Assembly (NCBI RefSeq): GCF_009834535.1
Contig: NC_045696.1
Coordinates: 25,794,001-25,858,000 of the forward strand
From: Camelus ferus
Taxonomy: Eukaryota
Reading direction: 5' to 3'
Length of the DNA: 64,000 nucleotides
In this document: positions 1-14,100 of the stretch, piece by piece
Layout: each line of letters starts with the position of its first letter
How positions within the stretch are numbered: the first letter of the stretch is position 1
The notes under the pieces: generated by a model
The model's input: the letters and a program-made list of their open reading frames with translations, nothing else
Told to the model about the DNA's origin: nothing
The model's database searches: none
Program-made: the position numbers and the translations under genes

Positions 1-484
1 TGTGTAATGTTTAAAATCCTCTAATCTCTGTGGAGCCTCTTTAGTTCATGCTTCCTCCAGAAAATATTATCTGTTGAGGACTAATAACCTTTAACATAAA
101 AGCCAATTTTTCCTGGATCTTGTAATCCCCTCAAAAGTTGACAGATTGTTTGGTCAGAACTTTGAGAAATTTTCTTCATCGCTTTTATTCATTCTTCACA
201 CTGTTTATACGCCACAGTGGCTCCTCTGTTGGAGCCAGGCCTACACAGCTTCCTATGACCTTCTCCAAATCATAGCTGTGCCCCCAAGGTTTGACTGATG
301 ATAGGTGTTGAGAATCTGATTCCTATTTACAATGATAGAGAGAAGCCCTTTACTGAGCCAAGTTTCTGGCTGAGACTGGACTGGCTCAGTTGCCCAGTGT
401 AGGCAGTGAGGCTGATTTTTTAGTCTCAGCATTTGAGTTCAATGTAACTAACTCATGGGTAAGAGACTTGAAGTATAGGTGCTT

Positions 485-512
485 TTTGTTTGTTTGTTTG
501 TTTGTTTGTTTT
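485..512. repeat. (GTTT)n microsatellite
   Basis: Directly visible tandem tttgtttgtttg run. Confidence 0.9.
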
Positions 513-899
513 AAGATGTGTAGCTTGTTGGGGTTTAGGATCTTAAAGAAATGGATATTAAGAAATGTTTGGGAGAGCTAATATCTGAGATATTAACAAA
601 ATCGCAGAAGAGGATAATCAAGGACCAGCACAACTGGAAAGTAGCTTTCCTATACGAGGAACTAAGGGGAGCAAAATGAAAAACATCATTGTAAGAATAT
701 GCTGATGAAATACAGTGAAAATGTTTAGTATTTCAAAGTCAGCATATTGACACATGGAAATAAAATCAGTGACTCTATTTAATAGTGGTAATGTTATAAT
801 AATAGTATTTACCCTATCTGAGTGCCCAGATGCCAACAAAAATTCCAGTTTTTTTAGGTTTCCAATTTGTTGTCTGACATTCCAAACTGCCTTCAGTTC

Positions 900-1435
900 T
901 CTCCTTATGTGGGTGAAATTTCCTGGTCCAACATAATAATCACTCTTTTAAGTAACATCCTCTCCTGGGTTGCCATGTTTCCCTTCATCTGCCCTATTCA
1001 TCTGGCAAAAACACAACTCTTGTTAAATTCTTCGCTTACCCTTCGCCTGCATAGTGGGAGAGAAACACACAATTAGACTGGCTTGATTTATTTTAGATTC
1101 ATGGCTGATAACCTCCAATGGAGCCAGGAACTCCTCCTTCATTTCTCTAGCCAATTTATTTCTCTCTTTGCAAGATGAATACTTCAGGCCTTTTCCACTA
1201 TCCTCAAACCTATAAGACATCTTCTCGCCTCCTTCTCTAAGTTGATCATTTTGCTTGTTAATTCATTGAGGATATACAAGCTATTAAAGAGAATCTCCAC
1301 ATATTCCAACAGCTCTTCAACCTACCTTCCCCTTTACCTGTATACTGTGACCAACCTCCTACCTCAAAAGGCAACTATTCTGGCTTCTGCCTAAGAACAA
1401 CTTCTCCAGCTGATACACTGGATTCTATCCCATCC
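900..1435 (+). mobile_element. L2 LINE internal fragment, ancient
   Basis: CT-rich, with L2-like blocks gggagagaaacacacaat...ttagattcatggctgataacctc, ttcattgaggatatacaagctattaaaagagaatctcc and cactggattctatcccatccc. Confidence 0.7.
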
Positions 1436-4400
1436 CTGGGGATATGACAGTTTTATTAATTAACTGAAATTAAAAATTTGGCTGCCTTTTTGAAAATATA
1501 TAATAAACAATATCCTTTGAGTTATTTTTACAATATTATTATTATTATTATTATTTTTATTCCCTCACACTTTGACCAGATGCTTGCATGCATGGACTCA
1601 TTTAATTCATTACTATATCATTTAAAAGGAACAGAATGGTCAGGGGCAACTCTAGGAATAGGAAAGAAGAAATCCCACAAAATCATAGTAATGTCTAATT
1701 GAACATACTGATTGTTTCATCCTGAACTATTTCAACTAGTTCATTTTTCTTTTTATAAGCAAAAAATAAGTAATTTCCCAATATATAAGCCTATACATTG
1801 TTAAAAAGTTCTGTCTAATTGATATGAAAAATGTTCAATTTCTCAATAAGGATTAGTAAAGAATTGCCTTGAGCAGTGGTTTCTCTTTCGGAAGTCATGG
1901 TCCGTACTTTTGTTTAGGCAACAGTATCCATTATCTCTCAAGAAAAAAATCCCTTTCTCCTCCTTCACTAAACTTACTACCATAACTTGCATTACAACTT
2001 ATTAATTCAATGCATTTCAGATCCCATTTGGCTTTTGGTATACAAACATGATTTTGGCATGTTTTGATATTTCAAAATTTCATCTTTGTGGATCAAAAAT
2101 GTAATAACTGAATTATCCAGCATACTGATATTGCTATAGAACAAACAGGCTGTTGTCTACTGAAACTGAGAAGTACCTGTTTAAATCACAAATGTCTATG
2201 ATTTAGTATATCTTAGTGATTTGGATTGGTATGTCAAAATATATAAGAATGTCACTGCTTTGATGTGTTTTTGTAGGTAAAATAATCTCCAATTATTTTA
2301 TATAACTTTATTTCAATTAAAGAATGATGCATGGTATCTTGGAAAACAGATCTATTTAGTATGTTTTGCCTGCCATTGGTAGTGCTGTCTTATGAAAGAG
2401 ATTGCTGAGAATGAAATATTTTATGATTTCTGCACAAGAAGTCATAGTAAATTATCATAGCTAGTTCCCATTTGAATAGTTTTAGCCTTCTGAATTGCTT
2501 ACTAACTAAAAAATTTCTTCTAGTTGATTTGAATCTTGCTCAGAGACATAAAAACTTATTTTCACAATACTTCAGAGTTACAATTTCTGGAGAAAACATA
2601 CTCATTCAACCCAAGTCTTTTTTTTTTTTTCCTGAATCATTTGACAGAGTTCACTTAATGCAAGTGTATTAACTCAAGAGAAACCCAGTTTTTTCAGTTC
2701 AACCAAAATAAATGGAATTGCATTTGTATGGAAGAATTGGGATTATTTTCTTCTACTTAATTTTGGTTTTTATCCTTTTAGAGCCATATTTAGAAACAGT
2801 GTTAATTCTTTCCATAATGAGCATGTTAGTAAAAATTAAAACTATAAAAGCAAAAAATAGACTTTTACCTCCAAATTGCAGTATTCCTGCCGTGGAAAAA
2901 TATCTTTTATTGTTTATTCTTTTTTTTTTTTTCTGTTTCCTACACATCATTGTCATTTTTATCTTCCTTCTCTTTCATCGATACTGTTTTGAAGTATCTT
3001 GGTGAGCAATTAAAGTTCCTGATGTGTTGGCCCTAATACTATTTGATTTTAAAAAGTAAACATAAAAAATAATTCACCAAAGTCCCTTAAGCACAATAAA
3101 CATGTGCTACTGGTAGTATGAAACACATCCACTTGATATTTTCCCTATCAAAATCATGAAACATTTTTAAACAATTTGAAATCTGTGATAGTTCAGAGGC
3201 TAGAGCATTACACATTTAGTATCAAAAACATATATTTCTATTGTATTTACAACTATTAAAATTGAATTATAATACATTCATTATTCAGTAGCCTTTATCA
3301 GAGCATATATTTTTATAGGACAGTACTAGATAATTTTTTAACTGATTTTTCAGTGAAGCTATCTAAGACCAGATACATGCTTATATAATAATAATGTTTT
3401 AAAAACAGCTTTGAGAACAGTAGTAAAACTCTTCAGAAAAGGAAAAATCACTCTCCTTTGGGTTTTTAAGTAACAAAGCTAAGTTCTTGGGAGTCTGCAA
3501 TATTAAACAGAATAGCTAAAATAACTTCAAAAGGTGATTACATCATTGGGCATTTAAGAAAACGTTTTATGTTCCTGTTTAAGAAGAATTTTCATTTACT
3601 CGAGTTTGGTTGTTTTAGGGTTATTTTCTGATTTGGAGTAAGACTTAAGTGACTTCATTTTGGCAACTGGAATTCTCCCCAGAATTCCATGTGTTTCTCA
3701 ATTTTGCAAAACTGTCCTTCTTACTCACTTGAACTTTTCCACTTGGGAACAGTAGGTATCTTTCCTTTTGCTCCTAGGACAGCTTGAGTTGCCTTCTAAT
3801 CCATCACAACCACATAGGGGAAGCCTCACCTCTGGCTGGAATCCTGTACGTGACCCCCGCCCCCTGCCCCAAGGAGGTCAGTGCTTAATTGCAATGTCAC
3901 TGCCAATATGGTGTATTTAGAGAGTGGACTGCCTCTCCTATCTCTAGAAGACAGAAAGGTCCATTCCTAACCTTTCACCTACATCGAACCTATTATTCCT
4001 TACTATAAACATCATGTATGCTGTCAATATTTGAGGGTAAAACATCAATGTTTCCATTAGAGAATTCTGTTACATCATTTAATATTGTCTATCTTTACAT
4101 GTGAAGAGTTAAACTACTGTATCTTCCAGCAACACTGAACAAATGATCTTTTCAGATCAGTAAAAGTAGCCTCAATCTTTGAGTTCTTTATTTTACTACC
4201 TTGATTTTTGAATTTCAGAAGTTTTTGTTTTTGGAGTTGTAAGGGTACACTGATCGGCTAACTTCTGCTTTAATCACAAAGAATATACTAATATTAATAA
4301 GACAAATAATAACAGATATTTTTATATTTCAGATAAATGCTTTTGGGTGAATAGATTTGATATAGGTGATGATGCTCCTTCATGCATTTAAATACTTTTA

Positions 4401-5084
4401 TCTTCAATTCTGAAATCCTAGAATAAGTCCTACTCTGTTGATAAAATTAGTAATTAGAATTTTGAGGTCCATGAATTAAAATTAAAGTGTTGAAATTATG
4501 ATTTTATATAACTTACTTGATAAAAATTTCTTAGTCTGGTAGTGTTGACTAGGAATTTACCATATCTTCATTGATGATAAATACTGAGAATATTTGGGAA
4601 AATTTTTAAACTTTTAGGGAATTTCTGGGTTCTTTAAAAATATTATTTCTTAAGTTCTAGATTTTGAAATATGTAGAAATCAAATCTTGACCTCTTGCTG
4701 TAAATCACTATATCATTGATAAGTGAGGCAGGGGTGCTATATTACACTTAGGCAGGACTTAGTCCACAGTGTGGACAGCTGTCACCACTATCTGTGAAAA
4801 CTAAGCATTCTACCCCCAGAGTCTTTTCAGATCTTTTAGTTAGGGATGGATCTAAAAATAAGATGGATTTAAGTGTCCGAAATCTGAGTACCTAGTTTGC
4901 ATGTGGTACATAAACCATATGCAAAGCAATTTTCATTTTCACTTCATATTTATGACAGATCTATCAGTTGTTGGAATAGGATTGAAATTTAGATACACAT
5001 TACAAATGCTAATTATATTCTTGTGTAACTGCATAACAACATCAGGAAACAGCTGCCTTCACAAAAATGCTGGCTTTAACTTAC

Positions 5085-5334
5085 TTCAAAGAGAGTTTCA
5101 GCAATTTTGTAAAACTTTGGAACATCCCAGTGCATTTTTCTGATGACTTGTATGAGGCCTGGAAAGTTTACCCATGAAAATGTCTAAGGCACAGGAGGCT
5201 CATCTTGAAAAAGCAAGTCAGAGGGTATGATACTGACATCAGTACAAACCGCATAGAAAAATCATGCCCTGCTCCAAACCGCAGAACATCCGTCCAAAGT
5301 GCAGACACAGTGCACCCACCTGCATGACTTGATT
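5085..5334 (-). other. Candidate spliced exon (250 nt), probably non-coding or UTR
   Basis: Minus strand shows branch-like ctctaac, a pyrimidine tract ending ttctcctggcacttacctcttcag, and donor gaa|gtaagt. All three frames contain stops. Confidence 0.35.
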
Positions 5335-7477
5335 CTGAAGAGGTAAGTGCCAGGAGAATAAAAGTATCAGTTAGAGTTTGAGGGTCCTGAAGATCAAATC
5401 GACACTATCACTGTGTATCTTTCCCTTTGTGAATGCATGTCCTGGTTAAAATAATAGTTTTTCAAAGGCAGAGTAGCCTCCATTTTTTTAATTTTTTAGA
5501 GTTGGATTTGAAATATACAGTTTATATGTTGCTAATAAATTAGTAAATAATTAACATGGAAGTTCTGTCATCAGTGGGATGTCCCAATGGAGGAATCCAA
5601 TATTGACACTGTGTTGTCCCATATTTTACCTACAGTTAATTAAATAGTTGATGATAAACAACACCAGAAAACTGCTCAGAACTGGGCTCACCATTTATAA
5701 AAATTTTCAGTGTCCTTTTTATATGTTCATTATTGTACCAGGGCTTCTGAGATATGTTTTCACATCAGCACACCCCTGATGGTGTGGCAGCTTCCTTATC
5801 ACTAAAGGGTCTGAGTAGAAATGTGTGCACTGTCTCTCAATGAGGACATGAGGGCTGCTTCATTTCTTCCATGAAATTAACGATAGCAGATATTACATAC
5901 TGCTGAAACTCTGATGTACTTTATCATTTAAATTATTATATCTCAGGGAGAGAACAAAAGATAGAAGACTTCTGTAAAATAAATATATATTATGACAATT
6001 ACATGTATGTCTTATTATATAAAAGCCATATTTGAAAAGTGTTCTTTTACAATTTGAACTGCCTTTATACATTTAACGTAATTAAATAAGTCTTCTTGTA
6101 AATTAAGACAAATGAACAATACCTATAAATCCGATTCAAAAATTCATCTAAAATAAGTATTAAATTATAATTGTAAAGCACCTATACTTAAGAAGATGCA
6201 TAGAGTTTATAGGTAATATTTAGCAGAAATTTAATACATATAAAGTTAAATTCATTATATATATACACACACACACATATGTATACATGTACGTCAATTT
6301 GCTACATTCTCAACAAACATTGTGAAATAATGGTTTACACACTAAGATCCTACATTTGTTATTCATAATCTTGTTTTGTCATTTTTAATAGTGAACATTA
6401 ACAATTCCCAATTTAAGTTTAAACAGAAATATATGTACATGTCAACAGACCCTCTCCCTCCACCCAAAATTCAGTTTTAGGAGAAATTTATCTAGCCTTA
6501 ATCAATTCAGTTATTGTTTTTACATTTGTTTGAGAATAGCAAATTTTCTTCCAGCAGTATGTATGGTGGTGGAAGAATCATTATTACATTAATTTAAATT
6601 TCTCTGTATATTTAGGGTCATCCTAAGGTCTTTAGTAATGTAAGTATTTCTGAGAAAAATATGCTCCATCATATACAGTATAGAAAGGAAAAATACAGCA
6701 TTTCTAGCTGGTATTTATTACATTCCAATTATGAGTGAGAGGGATGGATTCCAAGCCAGGAACAGTGGACATTCAAGAACAGAGCCCTGCCTTCCATGTG
6801 TTTGTCAGGAGAGAAGAATGGATCGTGTGATAACCCTAAGAAGTGGAGAAAGAGTAATTGGACACCCGGTCCATGTGTTTCCAAAATCACAGTGCCAGAT
6901 GCAGGATGTATGCAACTGTTCCTCTCCTTTTCTTAAAAGAGTATCTCTTTTTTTAATAAGCAATCTAGTGTAGCACTATAAAAAAACAACCAGATTTTTT
7001 CAAAGAGGGAGGGAAAAGTTTTGATAGAACTGTTGATCTGGCATTAAAAAGTCTGTTCACAATTTTTTTCCCTCAATTGTTTTCCCTCAATTGTTATATT
7101 AAAAAAATAGGGTACTTTAAAAAGCAAAAACCTAATCCAGTTCCTGTGTCAAAAGCGTGCACAATCATTTGTGTGGAGGTGTATATTAAGTAAAAGAAGA
7201 AAGCACCATAGTATAATAACTAAAGTAAAAAAAAGGTATTTGGGTTTTAATGCCTCCTGCTTAAGATCTGAAAATTAAATTCTCATAGACTTGTGTTCTA
7301 TATCACAAACATTTGATGAAGATCTTGCTATGTAGCACTAACATTTTAAAATTATGCTTTCTAAATTGGTCGGTTTCTTTGAAAGCCATTTTCTTTCCAT
7401 AGAAAACGATCATCCTTTAATTTACTAGGGTATGACCTTGACATCTACATAGGTTTATTTCACATGGACAGGTACCA

Positions 7478-7585
7478 TTTCTTCATTTCTTAATCAAACA
7501 TTTATTGAACACCTCCTTAAGCATAAGGCAATGTTCAAAGGGAATTTCTTAGACAAAACCCCCACTGTCAAAGTTTGCAGTCTCT
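7478..7585 (-). mobile_element. L2 3' end fragment
   Basis: ttcatttcttaatcaaacatttattgaacacct is the reverse complement of the L2 tail. Confidence 0.55.
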
Positions 7586-8684
7586 TCCTTTTTCTGAGGT
7601 GTAGATAATTTTGTTATCGTGTTACTGCATAGTCACATATTCAAATTATTTATAATTAGATGATATTAATGATTAATAATTATACTCATTAGTATGTATT
7701 TTGCACCCCTTAGTATTTTTGAAGCATAAGGGGAAGGTTTATTCCTCTGGAACCATACTAATGGCAGATTTCATGACCCTCCTTCATAGAATGGAAGTGG
7801 ACTCTTCTCCCAAAGTTTGCCTGAGTAAGTTTCAATTAGACTCTGAGCTTAGATTTGTTGGAGAAGACCCTTCTATCACAATTCACTAGAAGGTGTATCA
7901 CTTAAGGTCGTGTCATAATGTGACAACGTGCATAAAAAGAAGTTGAGCCAAATCATTAAAAGTATTATCAATATGAATTGATCCTGGATTGTCATATTTT
8001 CGCAAGACTCTGGGAGTTGTTTTTTTGTTTTTTTGGTTTTTTTCCCCCAACAGTCCTTGACAAAAGTTAGAAACAATTAACTTAATGTACTGATTTTAAA
8101 ACTCCCATAGGGAAAGCAGCCTTCAGCAAAGGCTAAAATTTGGGACCAGAGCTGCTGGCCTATATGTAAAAACAAAAATGAAACGTTACAGGAGAAGCTG
8201 CTGTTGATTATTAAGAAATAAACATTCCTGTGGTTCATTAGAAGGCAAATCTGTAGTAGTCAGCAGAGGATACACGTGACCACATCTGAGACCTGGAATG
8301 TTCGAGTTACTGTGTGCAATGAGAAACTGAGTGCCACAGCAGTGCACAGATGAAGAAAAGATGGTGGCGAACTATTTCCTTCCCATCTGGTGTTTTACAG
8401 CAGCTCTGTTCACAGTTACTCTTAAAGGAAAATAGAATGAAGGAGAAAAACACATTCACAGTCTTGTGTTATTGAAGCTGAATAGTCTGAGCCAAATTAT
8501 TGCTTAGGAATAAATTAAATACTGAATAAAACAGAGTCCAAACATAAATAAGATACACTCGAGGGAAACATCTCATTGCAATGAGATCCTGAGTTAATTC
8601 GACTTGCCCGGGAGCAACAAGCTAATGATACCAGTCCCTAAAACAAGAGTTAATATGTATTTTGCCATTTTCAGCCTGTATTAA

Positions 8685-8900
8685 ATTGCAATACTCCCAG
8701 TATTCTCTATCACTTTCCCTAATTTATTTTTGTCTATGGAATATATCCACAAATAACCTATTATATATTTACTTTTTTATTTTTGTTTATGTTCCTTCCC
8801 TACCACTGGAATAAAAGCTTCACAAGGGCAAGGATTTTGAAATATTTTTGTTCCATTTTAAATCCCGGGCTCACAGTAGACACTCCATATATATCTTTTA
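8685..8900 (+). mobile_element. L2a-type 3' end
   Basis: ccctaccactggaataaaagcttcacaagggcaaggatttt...cacagtagacactcca matches the L2 3' terminus. Confidence 0.75.
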
Positions 8901-11729
8901 ACAAAAAAAGTAGTTTTTAAATTTAAATATGATGCAGGGGATATGATAGCTATGCCACAAATATTTATTCCAGATGCATTCTAAATAAAAAAAGATAATT
9001 TTAAGTCCTAAGAAGAGATTTGTTCATTATTCTTTTTATTCTTTTATCCAGATGCTTGAGAAATAGAACTCGGCTTCTTTTAAGCTATTTTTAATACAAT
9101 TTAATTTTGTAAGAAATATGTTCACAAATGTAGTTCATTTTTATTTATACATTTGGCCACATGTAAGTTTTTAGTTGTTTTTTCTTTTTTCTTGTTTTCT
9201 ATTTAGTTTGGCTCAACACTTAACTTTTTATTCCTCTTCCCTTCTCCCTCCCACCACAGGCATCTAAGAATACCCATAAAATTCATCTTTCTCCCCATAA
9301 CACAGGATAATTTATATGGATAAGGAGGTATTTAGATTATATTTTAGGTTTTTAAAGGATTCATATTTAAATAAATTTGCTGGAAAAATTTTATTTTATC
9401 CTTTAAGACTCATGCATATGTATGCCAGGGCAAGCTCATGATTCAATAATGGAATTATAGAAATTATTCGTCATATAGAGACTACAACAAAATGTGTGGG
9501 CTACGGAAAAAGCAATTCTTCAAATTTGTTCTGATGCATTTTCTCATAGTAATATTATTAAATATAGCAATTACATTTAAAGGTAAGCTGACAAAACTTA
9601 TTTAACCAAGATATGATTGAGACGTTTCACTTTCTTAGTAAGATTTTAGAATTAAAATCTGTCAAAATAATGATTATATAAAAGATTGTTGGGTTTTTTT
9701 CCCCGCAGTTGGGTACCAATCTCCTCTCTTTAGTCATGGAACTGGGCAAGTCTACTCCTTTCTCACTGCCTCCACCTGCTGGCATGTGAGCGTGACAGTT
9801 CTCCATCCCTTTGCTCAGAGGGTCTAGGACTTAAAAGCAGGAGCCTGTAGTCTTTTTAGTCTAAGGATGCATCTTAGTTTGGTCCTGAATCTTTGATATG
9901 CCTGTTCTTCTGTCTGCATTTATCCCATGAGTGTGAGCCTTCAAGGGCAGAGAAAATCTCATGTTTTGTATCCTCAGAACATTATCTTTGCTCAGTGTGA
10001 GTTTGTGACTGAATTTCTTCTGCCACTACCTGTCATTTCTGCCTCATGCTTCTCTTGCCCATGACTAACTCTGGTAGCAATTATCCTTTATACCTCTTTA
10101 CCTTTTCTTCTAAACTCATTCTTTGAGAGTTTTGAAACATTGCTTCTGCAAGTAATGAAAAATATTATCTTAGAAACATGCAAGCTACCACCAAGCCTTT
10201 TTTAACATAAATATCACTGGGAAAAGATTAAATTTCAGAGTTTTATTTACTTTCAGGTTATCCTAGACAATACTTTGCAAGGATTTGGGTGAGATAAATG
10301 GAGTAGGAATGTATTGAGAAGACCAATGTTGCACCCCAGCTGCTATGCAGGACAACAGAGCTGGGAGCTTTGATTTCCCTCTTTGCTTTTTAGTTGTTCC
10401 ATCACAGGTCCTACACGCTGGAAAAGAAAGGCATTATATTTGGAATAAAGTGAGGGTAATGAGAAGAGAAAGGGTAAGAAGCCACATATTGGGGGACATG
10501 AAAGATAAGGACTAGAAGAATGTCAGGTAAGACTAGTGTAGTTAGGGAGAGTTTCATAATCTGACACTTGAAGATATAATATGCATTTTTAACATGTACG
10601 TTTTCAAGTCTCAGATTATCTTGAGAATAGTAGAATTGATTCTCACTAGTCCAAATAATAAAATCCTACCTTACTCCAAAAGCACAGAAGGGCCACAACC
10701 AACCTAGAAGAGGAGCCGTGACCCAAACCCGTATTTCGAGATTGCTATTTCAGTGTATTTTCCCTGTCCTGGCTCGAACTAAGGGTTGCCTAATTAAAAA
10801 CTGTATCTGTTATCCTTTCTACCAGCATACTACCATTGCTGAAAATTATAATTCATATGTAAAACCCCAGATACAACCTGGGAATCTTTCTTTAAATTCT
10901 AAACACAAATTGCCATGGGTGTTCTACATGCTTCTTGTTTAGAATCTTTATTCAGCCGTCATTTATGAGCTCAGAAAAAAACAGAATGTTGTCCTCAGGC
11001 TCTCACGGAAATATCTGTCAGTATCAATGCAGTAAAAACCTGGTGCTCACATCTCCCAAATTTAGATCCTAGAGTTAACTCAATTTTTCAACTCTTAATA
11101 GCTTTATTTTTCTCATCAAGTCATAGTTTTGAAGACAAGTATACAGAATGATTGATAGCTACCAATAAAATCGAGTGATTTTTTTTCCTCTCCACGGCTG
11201 GCATTTGTTACAGCAGTCAGGCAGAAAATGAACTGCTTCTTTAAATTCAGAGTGCGTATGTGATGAGATTATATGAGATTTTAAAAACATGCATAACGGT
11301 GCCTTGTTTATTATCATAGTTCACAGATAATTATAAAGAGCTGTTACAAGACCTACCAGTAATTCTCATGTCAAAAACAGCATAAATAGCTCATTTTTGC
11401 CTTGGAAGGTTTTTTTCTTGTGGGGAATAAAATCTTGATACTGGGAATAAACATTTACCTTTGATAATGTATTTGCATAAAATTATACAATTTGATTTAA
11501 ATATTTATGTGTATTTTATAATCATATAAAGATAGAGTCTATTACCTACACATAATTCAATGCAATATGTGTACGTATTGGGCAAATCTACATATATTTC
11601 ACTAAATATAATTTTAACAAAAGATACTGTTAAGGCAATAGAGATTTCAAAAGAAACTCTTAATTTATTAGGTTATTTAGCTACACAGACACACTGTGTA
11701 CCCAGCTGACAATTCATCAAATTCATCCG

Positions 11730-12003
11730 TTAATAATGATTATTATACATTTTTTAAAACCTGGTATATAGTAATACATATATTAAAATATATACACAGA
11801 TCACTAATTTATTGGCTCCTCATAATAACCCTATGTGATGGGTACTGTCATTTTTACCCAATCTAGAGAAGATGAAACTATTAGCACAGAGAAGTTAAGT
11901 AACTTTTTCTGGGCACAGAGAGAAAACAGCCCTGTTGAAATTAGAACCTTGGCAGTCTGAGCTCTAGAATCTGTTTTCCTAACCATGTTGCTACACATCC
12001 TCT
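11730..12003 (-). mobile_element. MIR SINE, near full length
   Basis: cctcataataaccctatgtgatgggtactgtcattttta...gcacagagaagttaagtaactt...ggcagtctgagctctaga is the MIR core in reverse complement. Confidence 0.85.
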
Positions 12004-12467
12004 AATAATATAATTATTTAAATGTTGACCCCTTTTCCCCATTATGCTATAGGTTTTACTATATCCTCTCACCTCTACAGTGGTATCTTCCAGTTTGACT
12101 ATGTGAATTAAAGGACTCATTTTGAATTTGTAAGCCTGTTTACATAAGATCCCATTGGACTGTAGGTTAATTTAGTTTTTATAAAAAATGTTAGTGTTTC
12201 AGTTAATTTTATGCCTTTCCTACATGAAGATGATAGTTTCCCTCAGTAAAGCAAATATTTTAGATTGTTACTGATAATGAGTTTGAATTTCCATACTTTT
12301 TTTTGGTAAACTTTTCTCACCTTTTGTTTCTCCTCTCCTTTTTTCAATCTATCATTTTGTAAACAATATACAAATACGTTTAACCAAGTGTTAAGGAGGG
12401 TAAGAGATGCAGTCTTCCACCATGGAAAATAATAGGGACAAAATAAAAATCATTGACTTTGCAAAGA

Positions 12468-12580
12468 TTCACTTGATAATTTAACAATATTTTGAATGCC
12501 TAATATGTACCAAAAAGTCTATTAGATACTGAATCTAGAATGAGGGGCAAAAATTTGCAGTCTAATGGGGAACATAGCCA
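12468..12580 (-). mobile_element. L2 3' end fragment
   Basis: atttaacaatattttgaatgcctaatatgtacca...ttgcagtctaatgggga. Confidence 0.6.
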
Positions 12581-12695
12581 TTTTAAATGGCTAAAGGAAA
12601 TGACCCTCACAGATACTGTTACATGGCCTTTCTGTTTTAATACTGTTTCTCAAATAAGTCAAAAGCCATAGATAAACTGTCCACCCTGAAAAATT

Positions 12696-12722
12696 ACACA
12701 CACACACACACACACACACACA
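12696..12722. repeat. (CA)n microsatellite
   Basis: Perfect AC run of about 13 units. Confidence 0.95.
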
Positions 12723-13921
12723 TATGTTGCTTTGTAACATCAATTCCTTTCTGTCCTTTGGACAAAGTTGAGTATTTGTGGGAAAAATCAGCACTGAAAA
12801 TTTAATACGTAGCTCCAACTTGGCAGTCCAAACATTCTAGTATTGTTCCAATTTTAATTCTTAACTAAACTGTTGTTCACTTACAAAGCAGCATTCTCAG
12901 CATAGACCCAGAGACATCACTCACTGGCCTGACACCATCTTATTGGAAAGAAGTAGGTCATGGTTTGAGTAAATGTTAGAGTAGAATGATCCTCAAACCC
13001 ACAGCCATGTCAAGCTTGTCACTACAGCCTCCTCTTGTCTTCCTTCTTGTGGCACTTCCATCCAAAACTGTGCATTAAGCAATTGACTTAAATAATCCTT
13101 TTATGAGCATCTGGTACTCAAGAGGCACAGAGAAGTCACCACTAGAGGTGAAAAGTTAATTTTGGGAAAAGAAGACCAGGCAAATTATAAACACAAGTGA
13201 AAGATACAATTAAAGTTTCTCCTTAGGAGAGTTAGTTATTCTACCCTTCTGTTCCACATATAATTGCTCATGAGAAAATGCTTTCCTAGGAAAGTTGAAG
13301 GGAATTATATCTTCCAAAGTAGTCAGTGTTCAAATGAATGAGTTGGTACATGTTATCAAGATAGTTGATTTATTCCTTCAGTTTAATAAAGCTAAAAATA
13401 TGTGCAATCTTATTAACCTTTAGAATTTGTTTCTAGTTTTTTTTTTTTTTAATTTGGAACAATAATGGGCTACTTTACCCCAAAACTTTTGAGATATTGA
13501 CCCTGTATAGTCTTATCTAAACAGATAGAAATGAATCCAATAAGATTTTCATTTATTAAAACATACACAGAGCGACAATAATATACTGGGGCAATGGAAA
13601 TGAAGGTCTAAAGATCAATGCAAACTGACTTCAGCTAAATTTGATCTCATTGCAACATCTTTCTCTATTTAGTAACTCTTAATGGTTGGTGTTTTAAATT
13701 GACATTTTAACCAAGCATCTTTTGGAATCTTTTCCATACTTGGGTCTTCTTATTCAAAATTATAGTCTTATAATTCTAAATTATTAAACTTATAATTTAA
13801 GGCAAATTTCACCTCACATAAAACTCATTTGGTCTTTCCAAGAGAGCAGAACTAAAGATTGAAGGAAGAGGGGGGAAAAATCTGTTTTCACATTTTCCTT
13901 TCATTGTCATACAATTTACTT

Positions 13922-14100
13922 GGGAGGCAGAATGCTATGAAGGAAGGAGCCTTGAACTTGAAATCAGAAAATGGGGGAGGATTTTCCTCTCCAAAGCTGT
14001 GTAAAGTTAAGCAAGATTCTTAACTTCTCCAAGGTTTCTTTTCTTCCTCCTATTGTTGTGAAGACCTAAAATTAATATGAAATCATGTTTGTTGACCAAT
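13922..14100 (+). mobile_element. MIR-family SINE fragment
   Basis: gggaggcag...gccttgaacttgaaatcagaa...gctgtgtaaagttaagcaagattcttaacttctc. Confidence 0.6.

Noticed and set aside
365..470. Ancient tRNA-derived SINE head (tggctcagtt, similar near 63283)
   Set aside because: Only an A-box-like match, too decayed to call without an HMM search.
3668..3689. 9-bp hairpin tggaattct-cccc-agaattcca
   Set aside because: Too short for a pre-miRNA, no other support, and plausible by chance.
7067..7094. 14-bp tandem duplication tttccctcaattgt
   Set aside because: Ordinary slippage duplication with no functional cue.
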